A stretch of DNA of 64,000 nucleotides from the human T2T-CHM13v2.0 reference genome, Homo sapiens, in the NCBI RefSeq assembly GCF_009914755.1, contig NC_060942.1; one strand, written 5' to 3'. The notes below the pieces were generated by a model, which was given only the letters and a program-made list of their open reading frames with translations, did no database searches and was not told the origin of the DNA. Of the stretch, positions 24,601 to 37,482 are shown piece by piece. A program made the translations under genes and the position numbers. Each line of letters begins with the position of its first letter. Within the stretch, counting starts at the first letter, position 1.

Positions 24601-25659
24601 ACCAGGAGCCTCTGCAGCTGTAACAAACCGTGGCTAATGCCATTTATTTACGTAAGCCCCAAATAACATAACATCAATTTAGCAGAACCCTCAACCTATG
24701 CAATGGTTTTCCCATTGCCCCCATCCCCTTTGCAAGAATATAAGCTAAATCGCCTGCAAATGAGCACAATGATCAAGAAGAAAACAGCAAGCCCTGTGCT
24801 TTGTAGAGCCCACCAGAAGCCAAAAATACCAGCCGCACTCCCTGATATCAACTTAGCCACCATAGAACTGACCTGAGAAGTGCTGGCCGTGAGTTTGGAT
24901 CCAGCACTAGAGAAGGGTCACCAGCCCAGACGGACCCAAGCAGGAGAGGAGCTCGAGCCTCTAAAGTTATTCTTGGAATAAACTGAACCCCCAAACCCTT
25001 TGTGCCCTCTATTACTCAGAAAACTAAATTAATTAGAACCCTCCATTTTCCAAGAAGTTGGGGTAATCAAGGTTTACGTGTAGTAAACTCCCCACCCCCT
25101 CCAGAATAGTAAACTGAACTGATGTTTCCACAAAGAACTCTACTTAGTGAAGCTGCTGGGACAAGAGCTGATCCTCATTGAACCGGAACATCAAACCATG
25201 CTCTGAGACAAACCTGATGTTTCACTTGGTTTCAGTCAGTGGTGAGAAAACAAGCAGTCTGTGGGGTGATTTGGGGAGAGAATGCAGGCTGGCTTTCCAG
25301 GCTCTGGCTGCGGGGTGGGATAAAGATGTTTCCTCTTTTCATTTCCAGTCAACCCCCTCTGTGCATTTTCCTCCTTTTTCCACACATGCTTTACCTCCTC
25401 CAATGACAGCCCTGGCCACTGGGCCTTTGATCACTTTCCCCTGACCTTCTATAGGCCCACAGACTAAGCTGCACTGCATTTGATTTCAGGCTGTCCCAAG
25501 TTGCTCCTTACATTTTCTCTGGGTATGTTCTAGCTCTCCAACCAGATTTTAAGTTCTTTTAGGCTAGGAGAACTCATGGTTCCTAGCACAGTTTTAACAC
25601 CTGCAGACACTTGGTAGATACTTAAAATCACAGACAGTAGAGCTAAAAAGGTTCCTGAC

Positions 25660-25765
25660 CTTCAGTTTGCAGGTGAGGAAACTGAGGCCCTGAGAGCAAA
25701 GTGACTTGTTCAAGGCCTTACAGCTAGCTAATATCAGGGGAAAATTGGAAACTCACATCCTGGCA
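25660..25765 (-). mobile_element. MIR
   Basis: TTTGCAGGTGAGGAAACTGAGGCCC..AAGTGACTTGTTCAAGG..ACAGCTAG. Confidence 0.7.
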
Positions 25766-25839
25766 AATATTAAGCATTTTCTGATAATACATAATGTGAG
25801 TAAGGAGTTTGAGGAAACAGAAAATCCAACAAAGAAAAT

Positions 25840-26420
25840 TTAATGGGAGCTTAAATTGGTGCAGTCTCTCTGGAGCCAAATATCAATCAAAATGTAGAAT
25901 GCTTACATCTGTTGAAGTAATTTTCCTTACAAGAGTGTATTCTATAGGTAGAATTATACATGTATGCAGTGGATGCTCACGGAGATATTGACTGTGTGTG
26001 GTTTGTAATAAAAGAAGACACAAAACCAGGAGCAACCTAAATGTCTTATCGGTGGGGGGTCTGGCTATGGCAATTAGTGAATTTCTCGACAATGCAATAC
26101 TATGCAGCTACTAAATGGAATGAAGTAGATTTATGTACATGCTGATTTGGAAAGATCCAAGATATGTTGCAAAGCCAGGAATCAAGGTGCATGGCAGTGC
26201 GGGGAGCACATTCCAGTTTCCACAACAGAAAGTGTGTGTGGGTGTGTTTGTGTGTGTCTGTATGTGAGATATTTCTAGAAGAATACACAGGAAACTGCAC
26301 CTTCTGGAGACTGGGATGGGGTCTCGAGTGGGAGGGAGAATCACACTTCACTGTATACCCCTTTGCACGTGTTACTGACTGCATGTATTATTTTTGTAGT
26401 AACAATACTAATAATTGAAA
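25840..26420 (+). mobile_element. Highly diverged LINE-1 3' fragment (L1ME/L1MD-like)
   Basis: AAATTGGTGCAG..CTGGA, CAACCTAAATGTC, ATACTATGCAGCTACTAAA, GTAGATTTATGTACATGCTGA..TGGAAAGAT motifs. Confidence 0.65.
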
Positions 26421-26684
26421 AACCTCAACACCACAGTCTCCTAGTTCAGCAGCATTTTCCTCCACTGTACCAGGTGGAGGTACCAGCAGTATCCTTTTTT
26501 GCTGTTATTCTTCTGTAAATTGGTAACTTGGAGGCTAATTGTCATAATTTCAAGTAGGTAATAGACAGCAAACAAACCATCTACTCTTAGCTCATTCCTT
26601 TATTATTATTTTTTTACCCCAAATTGCTACTTTCCCAGAGGATGGAGGCTCTAGGGTAGGATGACCCAGGTGGAGGTGGGTACT

Positions 26685-26860
26685 AAAGGATTAAGAACCA
26701 GGGTCTCAAATTGGGGATTTACTGGGCAAGTCGCTCAGGTGCTCTGTGCCTCGGTGTCCTCATCTGTAAAATGAGGATGATGATAGTACCAGCCTCCTTG
26801 CATCTGTGGGAGAAATAGATGAGATCATACATGTATCTGGTCCTCAGGAAGTGCTTGGAT
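26685..26860 (+). mobile_element. MIR
   Basis: TGGGCAAGTCGCT..CTCTGTGCCTCGGTGTCCTCATCTGTAAAATGAGGATGATGATAGTACC. Confidence 0.7.
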
Positions 26861-27769
26861 GGGTAACCTGGACTTCTTCCTCTGATCCAATGGGCCTCTG
26901 CTCAGGGCCTGAGAGGTGAGAGGTGAGCCTGGTGAGCAGCACACAAAGGCACACTATCTGTCCAGTGCTCTGACCCAGACTGCATGGGTCGAGGTGCTTA
27001 CGACACTGTCTCTGACCTCAAGGAGCTCAGGTCTGGCGCGACGTAGCATACCACACCCACTGCATGAGGGAGCTCACGGAGGAGCAGGCAAACCAGGGCA
27101 CATCCAATAGCTCAGCACCAGCTCCCAAATGGAGGAAACTGGTGGGTGGAACAGAGGCTGGGGGACTGGCAGTAGGAAAGGAAGCTCCAATAGGGGAGAG
27201 AGTCTGCTGCCTGGCCTTCCTACAGCCAAGGGGAGCTGACAGTTTTGGATTTGCTTTGCAAGCAACTGGCAGACTTCTAGACAAGCCAGGGAGGAATTTT
27301 TTGAGGGAAAGTGTGATGTGGTGCTGGTAGGGGGGCAGGAACCTGAGTTCTATTCCCAGGGGGTATCAGCAACCAGCTACCACTCAACAGCCACTGGAGC
27401 TTGGACTGGAATGTGACTTTCCTTGGCCTCCGTATATCTCCCTGAAAAATGTACGTGCCTGGACTTCACCCACAGACATTCTGATTCTATGCAGAGCAAT
27501 ACCCAGAAGGGCTGAGACCTGCAAGTTTGGTCCTGAGGGGCTACTGTGAATGGTCCTTGGATTGTTTTGCACACAAAACCACCTCCACTCACAGAATGGA
27601 CAATGGCCACTGCACAGAACCAGACACTTTGGTTACATCAGCGTTGGAGCACTGCTGAACTTTTGTATTGTCCCTAGAGACTGCACTACCCACGCCATCC
27701 TGCAGAGATGACAGCCAGTCAGACTCTCTTCCGGCCACAGTCCAGCCTTCCTGCACTTCGGGTGAAAGT

Positions 27770-27945
27770 ATAATAAAAAGTATTTATTCATAATAAGACT
27801 GACGTGTACACAGGTTCTTCATACAGGTGATTTCATTTAATTCTCACCACAACTCTATCAGGCTTTTGCAATGATTGTGTCCATTTTACGGGGGAGGAAA
27901 CTGAGGCAGAGAGAGGCTAAGGAACTTGTGTAAGGTCTCTGGTGG
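27770..27945 (-). mobile_element. MIR
   Basis: TCATTTAATTCTCACCACAAC..CCATTTTAC..GAGGAAACTGAGGCAGAGAGAGGCTAAGGAACTTG. Confidence 0.75.
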
Positions 27946-28547
27946 GTCATCTGGCTTCAGCAGTCAGAGTAGGCTGCTCCACATTGTATAGGACCATGCC
28001 ATCACCCCGTGCTTTTCTTGACTGTGGGTGACTCCAAGCAAGAGCCAAAGTCTCTGTGGCCCTAGGGGAGAAGCAAATCCACCAGCTGCTGCCTGCCCAG
28101 CAAGACACTTTAAGAATGGGGGTGGGTTATAATCATCATTGTATTTCCCCACTCCCCCTACCCCCTGCCACCCCAGCTTCCATCTCCCAAATCAGGAGGT
28201 GTGCACAAAGCTGGGACTGGATAGCTCCCCTCAGTCCGATGGGGTAGGGGTCACATTTGCTTTCTGGGGTGGCCACTTTTTGTTTCACTTTCTCTTCCTT
28301 TCCTTTGTTCCCCTTCCTCCTCCTGGTGGTGACCTGGTCACCTTCCTAGGAGATAATGCCCGTGCGGCTCTGTCCTGACAAGCCCTTTCGGCCCTATCTC
28401 TAATCTTCTCTGGGTTTAGGATTAATAGACTTTTTCCTCGTTTGGGATCAATAAGTACAGAGAGAGAGAGAGAGAAAGACGGAGAGAGAAAGGAAGGAAA
28501 AAGTCAGCAGGATTAGAAAAAAAAAAAAAGGACTGATAAGAATCTGG

Positions 28548-28579
28548 TCCAGGTCGTGGAACCCTGATGCTGCCAGTAG
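28548..28579 (+). repeat. Dispersed direct repeat, copy 1 (32-bp perfect match to 32536-32567)
   Basis: TCCAGGTCGTGGAACCCTGATGCTGCCAGTAG. Confidence 0.95.
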
Positions 28580-31500
28580 TATCTTTAAGCTAGGGAGTAG
28601 CACAGGTGAGGGAGGGGTGGGGTAAGCAGGTGTCTTATCTGCTGAGGCAGGAGCTGGGGTGGGGGTCACCCGTGGAAGAGCAAGATGGGGTGAGGTCACA
28701 GGCTTGTCGGTGGCTCTGGGGATCCTCAGCCTCAGGCCAGGACAAGGTTCAGCTTGAATCGTTGCCCAGAGCAGCCCTCTGAGGCCAGGGCTGCCTGTCC
28801 TGACAACCTCCACAGGTACTGGGAGACCCTTCTATCCCAGGTTCCAGCCTCAGCTGGGGCCCCCCTCCAGCTACTCCTCACTGAGCAGGAAACTGGTCCT
28901 CATACTGCTTCTTTGCAGCCCCCCAAGGTCCCTTGAGGGTGTGGACAGTTTAGCTGAGCTTGCCGCCCTGGAGTCCCAGAGTCCCAGCTCTTTCTCGATG
29001 CTTCACATAGCCTAATGGAAATTGCACATGTCCCCTTGATGAGGCTGCACGGGGAAAACAAAAATAGCACCTCGCTGCTTTTAGCAAGAATTATATCCAC
29101 TCCGTGTGGCTAACACTGGTTGCCGCATGCCGATCTGCAGCTCTGATTAGCCTTTGATTAATAAAAAATGGGGAAGGAAATCAATTATTTATTTAATAAC
29201 AGCAGTTTGTTTTAACGGCAAAACCTTTAAGAAAGTAAAGGACTTGAGAGTGGGGTGGGGTGGGTGGAACCAATAGTGTCTTTGGAGGTGAGAAGTTTGG
29301 GAATGGAGGATTTCCATCATGGAAGTGGCACCGTCCTGTGCTAGGATAGAGGGGCCGTTCCATCATGGTTTTCAGGATGTAGGATGCAGCTGAGCATGAG
29401 GGGACCAGACCTCTAGCACCCTGAGATCCGGGTGCAGTTAGGGTCCTTGGGTGCAGGGCAGTGAGAGGGCAGGGCACTGGTCTGCTTTGGTCACTGTGGC
29501 CCTTCCCTGCCCCTCCAACAGGATCTACCTGTTAACTCTGGTCTCAATCTCTGGTCTGTTAATGCTGAGAAATCTTCTCAAGGAAGGGCATGAGTGTGTG
29601 TCCCTGTCCATCGCCTATGGCGCACATTACTTGGCCTTGGGTCCAGACACTTGATGATTCATGCTAGCTCCCCTTCCACCATGTCCACTGGGGGTCCTCC
29701 ACTGGCCTACCTGGTCCTGCACTGTTTCCCTAGCACCTCTCTGCTGTTACTCAAATTGCTTTCTCCTTGCAGAGGGCACTTCTGCTGATCTTTGCATTTC
29801 ACAATCATATCCATTCATCAAGGCCAAGATCGAAGGACACCCCGTGCAGCAGCTCCCCAAGTCAGCCCCTCAGGAGACAGCCTTTCTTCTTCTGAACATC
29901 CCGGCACTTTGAATGCGTGTTCCTGTGGCAGTTTGGGGAAATACGGCTTTGTACTTTATTTCTTTGTAGGCATTTGGAGGGCAGGGACTGCATCTCAGTC
30001 ACCTTTGTAACCCTCACCCAGGGTTTGTGGAATAACAGATGGAGGGATGGATGCTATCTTTTGGGGAGGCTGTACCCCATTAACATCTGAAACAGCATTC
30101 AGATGAAAGACCAGACATTTAAGAGAAATGATGATAGCCTCTTTGAGGGAAACAGGAAATATATGCTTTCAGGCACCTGAGAGAAACAGATTAGAACACT
30201 TGGGTGAGGGATTTGACTTTTTATGTTCTGGAAGACAAAGTAGAAAATTAAAAAAAAAAAAGGTCAGGTGACATGGTGTTAATTTTCTGACAAAAATAAA
30301 CCTAGCATGTTGTCTATAGAAGTAACAGCCCCGTATTCAACATATATGGAAACTCAGTTTTCTCATCTGCCAAGTGGGATAATAATTCCTGCACTTATAA
30401 GGCAGTTGCAAATTTTACACAAAAGAAAAGAGAAGAGAGAACCTCTCCAAGGAGAAAGTGCTCTTTACATGAGGCATGGATTATCTATTTAGGTAACTGT
30501 CAGTGACCTAAAGTTCTTGTCTAAGTGGCTGCCCTGGAAAGAGGGGTGCTGGACAATTATTCAGGCACCAAAGTCTTTCTTCCCATCTCCATTATCTGGA
30601 TATCTCTCATGGAAGCTAAATTTCCCAGAATTATCTGGGTTGTTGCCATTACTGTCTTCTGAGCTTACTGGCGTGGGCGGCCACTTCCAGAACGCAGCCT
30701 TCCAGCAAGCTGGCCCAGCCACTCCAGATACCATGCCCTTGAGTTTCAGCCAGGCACGCGGCTGCGGGTACACGGCTGCTTACGCACGAATGTCTCCTTC
30801 CATTGCTGGAGAGCTTTGAGTTTTCCTGTCTTGGTTCACAGACATTATCCCACGAGCTTGTCCTCATTTCCCTGAGTGTGAGTAGGGAACCCCAGAGAGG
30901 AGACTGGATTTGCTGAGCCACACAGAACCTATTAGACTCTCTTTTGCCTCCACTACGGCAGGTGAGAAATTTGGGAATCCGGAGTTTCTAACATGGAGTC
31001 AATGTCTTGGCCCCTCAACCTCCCCAGCAATTGGCCCATACAGCAGGGGGGTGATTTGAGTGGGGGCCCTTCTGATTCAGAGAATAAATCACCTGGTAAT
31101 TCAGGGGCTGGCTTAAGAACATGGCCATGTGGAGCCCCCAAGCTCATAAAGCAGATGAATTAAAGGGCAACTATTCACATGGCAGAAGGATTCTTTTATT
31201 TCTAAAAGGATCCCTTATAAGGCTCTTCTGGTGAGCAAACACAGCACATTTCAAATAAGATTCATTGTAAAATGACAAAAAAGAAGATAATAACAATTTG
31301 CATTCACTATTTCGGGAGCAGCTACTGTGAGAATGGAGGCCCACCTGTATATCATCAGAGCTCCTGCATGTCCCTCTCCTGGAGAAAGTGGGGAGCTGCA
31401 GAGATGGGGAGAAATTCGGGGGATGGGGAGAAAGGCATTGCCGTGACCAAATCTGTCCTTCTCTGACTTGGAAGGAAACCTTGTCATCTCCACGTCAGGG

Positions 31501-32535
31501 GAAAGCAGTGGGGTGGTCCTGGAGTCGGGGGCTTGGTTCGGCGGATTATTGGATCCTGGCTCCTTGTGGTGTATGGTGGAGTTATTCCAGAGCCTTGAAG
31601 CGCAAATGCTGTGAAGACAGATCTGCTGACCCAGCCAGGACTGTGGACCTGGCCGCTGGGCCCCGATGGATTCCCCGTCTCTCATTCCTTACTGACAGGC
31701 TCCTGGGTATTGGCAATATTTGCCTTATGGCATCAGAGCGGCGTTTCCCGTATTCACATAGTTAAATTAGTTAGCTGGATAGAAACCTCAGAGATGATGT
31801 ATCTAGTTGTCAGTTGTGACTTGGTGCTAATGGCACTACAATTTGGTTACAGTCCTCGCCGTCATTAATCATCGGCCCCTAGCTGGCTGCATACTGGGTG
31901 CTGGGGAGGGGGAAGGGCAGGGCTGGCTTGGGCAGAAGGTGTCCAGCACCCAGGCTGGGGCTCTCCCTCTTCCTCTGGGTGGGGCATGGGCTCTGTCACT
32001 GGGCAGGCCGCTGTCCCTCGGTCCCCACCGGCACCACTGCACTAGCCCTGCACACCTCTATTTATTAGCATCATGCTACTTATGCTAATAGCAGACCGTA
32101 CACTATTTCTGAGCATTAACATCTGCTCCAAGCAGCCGACTTTCACTTACAGAAACTGATTTCAGCTCAGTCAAGCAGATAAACAGAGAAATCAAAGCAG
32201 GTGGCTAAAAGTGAAGGAGGAATTCTCAATTCCTGCATTCAACCGACGAACTTCACTAAAGCCATAATTAATATTCAGATAACTATATTCCGACACATAG
32301 AATAAACAAGATCATTTAAAGGATGCAAAATACATCCCCAGGGCCAGAGGGGAAGAGAGGGAGGGGAAGAGAAGGGAGGGAAGGCAGAGGACTGGGTATG
32401 AATGCAGACACTTCCTGCTCTGGCCTATTGTCTGGTCGGTTTCAGCCTTAGAGAAGAGGTGACATGCCTCACAGAGCCGGGTGTTTACAGAACCCCTTCT
32501 GAAAGCGAGCAGGGGCTGGGGCTGCACAGCACTGT

Positions 32536-32567
32536 TCCAGGTCGTGGAACCCTGATGCTGCCAGTAG
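32536..32567 (+). repeat. Dispersed direct repeat, copy 2 (32-bp perfect match to 28548-28579)
   Basis: TCCAGGTCGTGGAACCCTGATGCTGCCAGTAG. Confidence 0.95.
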
Positions 32568-35500
32568 AAGCAAGAGAAACTGAGGTGCCATGTCCCAAAG
32601 GCTTGCGATGTCTACATGGCAGGCTGACGGAAAGCTGTCCTCTGTACTCATTTCCTCACCCTTGAAGCTGTCTGAAGGCATGGCTAGTCCTAGGCACCTG
32701 GCTGCCGTGTGGCCTCGGATGGGAGGTGGGCCTCCCTGCACCCAGGTCTTCTCCAACAATAGAACACCATGCTGGAAATCCTCCCTGACTATGGAGGATT
32801 AGCTAATTGGTGATTCTGGAATTAAAAATAATGCCTCTGTATGATTTGGACCAGGTGGAATCTGACTCTTTAGATTAAAATCTACATGACAGTACATACC
32901 TTATTGGCGTTATTTATTGTCTTTTTGTTGTTTTTCCTAGTCAGTCTTTTCAAAATGTTAAAATAAGACTGAATTCATTGTACGGAACAAATTCTGAAGA
33001 CAATTGCTCCTGTTTCAAAGAGCAGTGGCCCAGGGATCCGAAGTTGCAGACTTTCCGAGCAGCTCCCAGTCCCCACACAACTCTGAGATCTATATGGCAA
33101 AATTCAGGAGCCACCTTTATCATATTAGTCTACAGTGATCATGAGAGTAGCAGGAAGAGTTCACGTAACCCATCACTTGACATGGTACACGCTCCCCTGT
33201 GTGCACATGTGGGCCGTTAGGTAATACACGTGTATTACTTAAGAGCGTTTATATGTACTGTGAGCTCCGAAGGGATAGTAAGCAGCCACGTTCTGAACAC
33301 GGGATTCAAGCCAGCCCTGAGCACCCCTGGGGAAAGGGGCGGCCACCAGGAGGCCAGGCCACAGAGGAGCATGCTCAGGTGAGCCCTGCCATCACAGTGT
33401 GGAGATCCCTACTTGGATCCACACTGGCCACGCAGCGAGAGAGAACACGATTCACTTCCTGGTAAAAAGGACCTTGCTAACCTTTCCTGGTCTCTTTTTG
33501 GGTTCCTCTAGTCTCGAGGGCCTTGTGGCTGAACAACAAATGTTATTGAAAACTTTAATTCCTGTTTTTGGGGAACATCCATCTCCCTCCCCACGCCCCT
33601 GCACATATGTCCTGTTTATGTCTCTTCCTCTGAGGATGGTGCTGACAGTGCTGGGAGCCCAAGTTGCATCCTGGGTGTCATCAATGCTCCTCTGGAACCA
33701 CTTGCATTGTGGTTGAAATTTCCCCTGACGCCTGGACATTTTTTTGTTGTTGTTGGTTTCCCTGGAAATGACGCTCTCTGAATCACAGCTGTTTGGAGCA
33801 ATGAGGGGAGGTGGGAGGATACTCCCTGGAGGGGTGATGGGAGGGGTGGGGTGGCAAACAGGCTTTTCCAGGGAAAGCTGAGAACTGCACAGGCCAGAAT
33901 GGTTGTGGGGTAAGGCTTGTGGTCTTCAGAGTCCCAAGGGACAGGTGTTAGGGCGAATGGTGCATTGGAACCTGAAGGACTGGAAACTCTTTCTTCTCTA
34001 GAGTCTGACTCTCTTCTTTGTACTTTCCTGTCTCCCCCACTCCCTCCTAAAAGGGAACTTCCTGAGCAACAGCCATCTTCTCAGCCCTCGGCAAGGGGTC
34101 CCCAGCTACAGGTCTATGCAGGGCACCTGTGTGCTGCTCGCTAGCGCCTTTTCTCCACGTTTTTGCCTAATCTGAGCATCACAACATCTGTGTGGGATGG
34201 GTGAGGCAGAGATTGCTATTTGCATTTTACAGATGCAGATAGGGAGTGGGGGAGGTGGTGGCCCACCTGAGATGGCACTGTGAGACAGGAGGAGCCCTGG
34301 CCCCAGTCCCCAGGCAGCAAGTCCCCGCACATCTTGCACTTGCTCCCTCCCACACTCCGCCATCACCATCACCCCCATCTCCCAAAGCCACAGGCTCGTG
34401 TGCAGGCGGCCCAGGCTTTCACACGCTCACATAAAGCTCCCAGGCCTGGAGGGAGGCTTGGAGGACACCTCCCAGTGATGTGAGCTGTGCTCTGCGAAGG
34501 GAGAGAGGAGATGCCCCACCTTGCCAGGGGGTGCTGGCTGACTCACTTCACAAGATTCCTACACATAAAGCCAAGGACAGATGTGATCTGATGTAGCACA
34601 TTCCCTGGGACTGTCCCACAGCACGACTGGCGGGTGTCATAGGTCACCCATCCTCAGCCTGGCTTTCCCGACCCTTCTGGCCACTCAGCCCTTACCTGGG
34701 CTTTCTTCTGTGCCCTCGCCTCTTTGTCCCTGGCATTTGCCTCCTCCTCTTGTATTTGTCTTCTCCCCTTACATTTTCTGCTGTGCACTCAGTTATCACC
34801 ACCTTGATCATGACTTTCATTTGAATCTCCAAACTGTCACTGCCCAAACCAAACATAGGCTGGTTCTCAGAGCAGGAAGAAGAAAAATCGAATTTGGACC
34901 CAATTCCTTTGGAGTTTGGGAAATCGCACCCAGGCTGGACTGAAGGGGCCCTGTGTACACGCTGAGAGCCTGGCATTCTCGGAGGAGAATGGTGCTCTCT
35001 ATCCAAGAGAAAGAGTTCCCAGCAAGTCCTTGGGGGTGTCTTTCTGCAAAAGGGCAACCTGAGTGCTAACTTCAAATGGCCTTTATGATTAAGGCAGGGA
35101 GGCCAGTTCCCGGTCGGGTCTCTGTAAAAGGACATGGTTCCTCTGTCATGCCTCTGCAAAAGGACATGAAAATCACAGGTCTTCGGGGACCATTTCAGGC
35201 TGCTGTCTCCACCCCAACTCCACATGTGAGCCTGACAGGGGCTGTTTATTTTATTTCCTTGCTTCGCTGTAGGGGTTCAGGGATGAGCCCCGGAGGTGGT
35301 GACAGATGGAGACACCCCTCCCTTTGCTTTCTCTGAAAGTAAACTAAAGAAAATACACTCATTTTATGTCCGCCAGACACAAGCTCCTCCTGGGAGAAAA
35401 CTTTTTTATTCAACCTGAGGTGCCCACCTGATCTGGGAGGGTCTTGGGATTTCTCTCGTCCAACCAGGCCTGCCTCCTTGGAGCCCTACCCTCCACATGG

Positions 35501-36769
35501 AAGCCGCGGACGTGACTCCCCGACCTGGTGTCCCATCATGGGCTCACCCCACGGGGCTGTGTGATTGGGGCACAGACATTTGTGCCCTGTGCCCCGGAGA
35601 GTCCCAGGCGCTGAATCCAGCTCTGGAGGCGGCCGGCTCCTTGGTCCGGGTTGTGCAGTAGTCCTGGTGCCCTCTGCTGGCCACGTCTGAAAACACAGGC
35701 GGCCTCTCGCCGCATCGGGCGGACCTTCCGGGAGGCCAGAGGGATGGCGGGGTGGGAGGGCGGCCTCCTCATCCCAGGGGATGGCCCTGGTCTCTCCTGT
35801 GTGCACCTCTGAGGCCCTGCTCTCTGTACTGTGTGCCTAGGGATGCATTCCTTTTTCCTTGTCTCTCCATGGAAGAAAGACCTCACACCTGGCTCGATTC
35901 TTCACTGGCTGTGTAGCCCTGGGCAAGCTGTCCAACCTCTCTGGACCTTGTTTTGCTCTCTGAAAGGTATCACCCATCTTCAAAGTCCATTACAAATGCC
36001 AGTTCCTGTGTGTAATCCTCTCCCGAGCCGTCTTACCTTTGGCTGCTGAGGCCTGGAGCCTCTCTCTCTGGCTCTCGACTCCTTCAGGGCAGAGGCTCCT
36101 TCCTCCCTTTTTGCTTTTCTGAATCCCCCAAGCACCCACAACGCTGTCTTTACCCAGAGCAGGCACTCACTCAGCAAATACCTGTTGAATTGATTTGTGT
36201 TAAAATGGCTGCCTGGGACTAGTGATTCCCTCAGGTGCCTCCTCTGCTCTGATTCTTTTTCATTCCAATTGTCGCTTGTGGGTTGGTCTCATTCCCAGGT
36301 GAGACTTTAGATCCTAGAGGGCAGTGTGAGGGAATAGCTGGCCTGGTGCTTTAGCGAATATAGAAAGCAATTCTGACATTGTGGAGCAGTTACTTACGGG
36401 GTTCTCTCTCCCTCACTCAGCAGCACATTTCCCAGAGCCCGACTGGAAGATCCAGGCTGTAAACAACATGCTAAGGCGGGACTCCTGCTCCGTTCCTCCC
36501 GTCACCTCCCGTGTGCCTCCCCTCCTGGCACCTCCTCACCCCAGCACCCCTCTCTGCGGAGTCTCCTTCCCTGGCCGGTGGGGACCCCTGCTGCTCCCAG
36601 CAGCTCCCTCCCTGCCCCACCCTGCTGCTCTCAGGAAGCAGTGGCAGGCTTGAGAATGAAGCAATCCTCGGTCTCATCAGGGTTCTCAACGCCCTCCCCG
36701 ACATGACAGACTCTTCTCCAAGGCTGCTCCTGCGCAGCAAACACACTGCCTCTTGGAAACGACAGTAAC

Positions 36770-37000
36770 AGCTAATGTTTATTAATAGCTCACAGTGTGC
36801 TGGGAGCCTCTCCGAGAGCTTTGCACATATTATCTCATGTAATGCTTCTAATAACCCTCAACAATGGCTCTGTTATTATCTTTATTTTATAAAGAGAAAG
36901 CTGAAGCACAGAGAAGTTAAGCCACTTGCCTAAGGTCACCCAGTTAGAGAGTGGGAGAGCCCACATTCCAAGCCAGACAGTTTGATTCCAGAGCTCTTGT
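36770..37000 (-). mobile_element. MIR (near full length)
   Basis: GCTAATGTTTATT..TTATCTCATGTAAT..CTGAAGCACAGAGAAGTTAAGCCACTTGCCTAAGGTCACCCAG..GATTCCAGAGC. Confidence 0.8.
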
Positions 37001-37063
37001 TCCTGACATTCCTTCAGGCAACAGGATGCCTGGGGTGGTGGACAAGGGCTGGGCACCTCTAAG

Positions 37064-37104
<41 letters not shown>

Positions 37105-37137
37105 CACACGCGTGCACGTGCACACACAGACACACAG
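37064..37137. repeat. Compound (CA)n microsatellite
   Basis: Two CA runs separated by AA, then CGCGTGCACGTGCACACAC. Confidence 0.95.
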
Positions 37138-37261
37138 CCTAAACACATGCACAGCTGTGTCCCTTGTGCTGTGCGTGTGTGAACATTCCAGTGACAGTCA
37201 CACATGCCCATGTGTGTGTCTTCACTCATGCACTCTTGTTAGTCAGTGCACACGCAATGCT

Positions 37262-37482
37262 CTCCGCACTGTTTGATAGAACTTTCTGGCATGCAGAAAA
37301 TGTGCTATGTAGACAGCACAGACTGCCTACCACTGTAGCCCCTCTTTACTTGTGGCTGTTGAACCCTGGGCATGTGGCTAGTAAAACTGAAAAACGGATT
37401 TTTAAATTACATTGGAATAAAGTTAATTTAAATGTAAATGTAAATAGCCACACACCGCTGTTAGCTACCAAATTGGTCATGC
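37262..37482. mobile_element. MER3/MER33-like hAT-Charlie fossil
   Basis: GCACTGTTTGATAGAACTTTCTG..CATGTGGCTAGT..TTAATTTAAATGTAAATGTAAATAGCCACA..TAGCTACC. Confidence 0.7.

Noticed and set aside
28548-32567. 32-bp direct repeats read as a retrotransposon TSD or a CRISPR-like array
   Set aside because: Only two copies, 4 kb apart, with no internal poly(A), TE body or cas genes; eukaryotic context.
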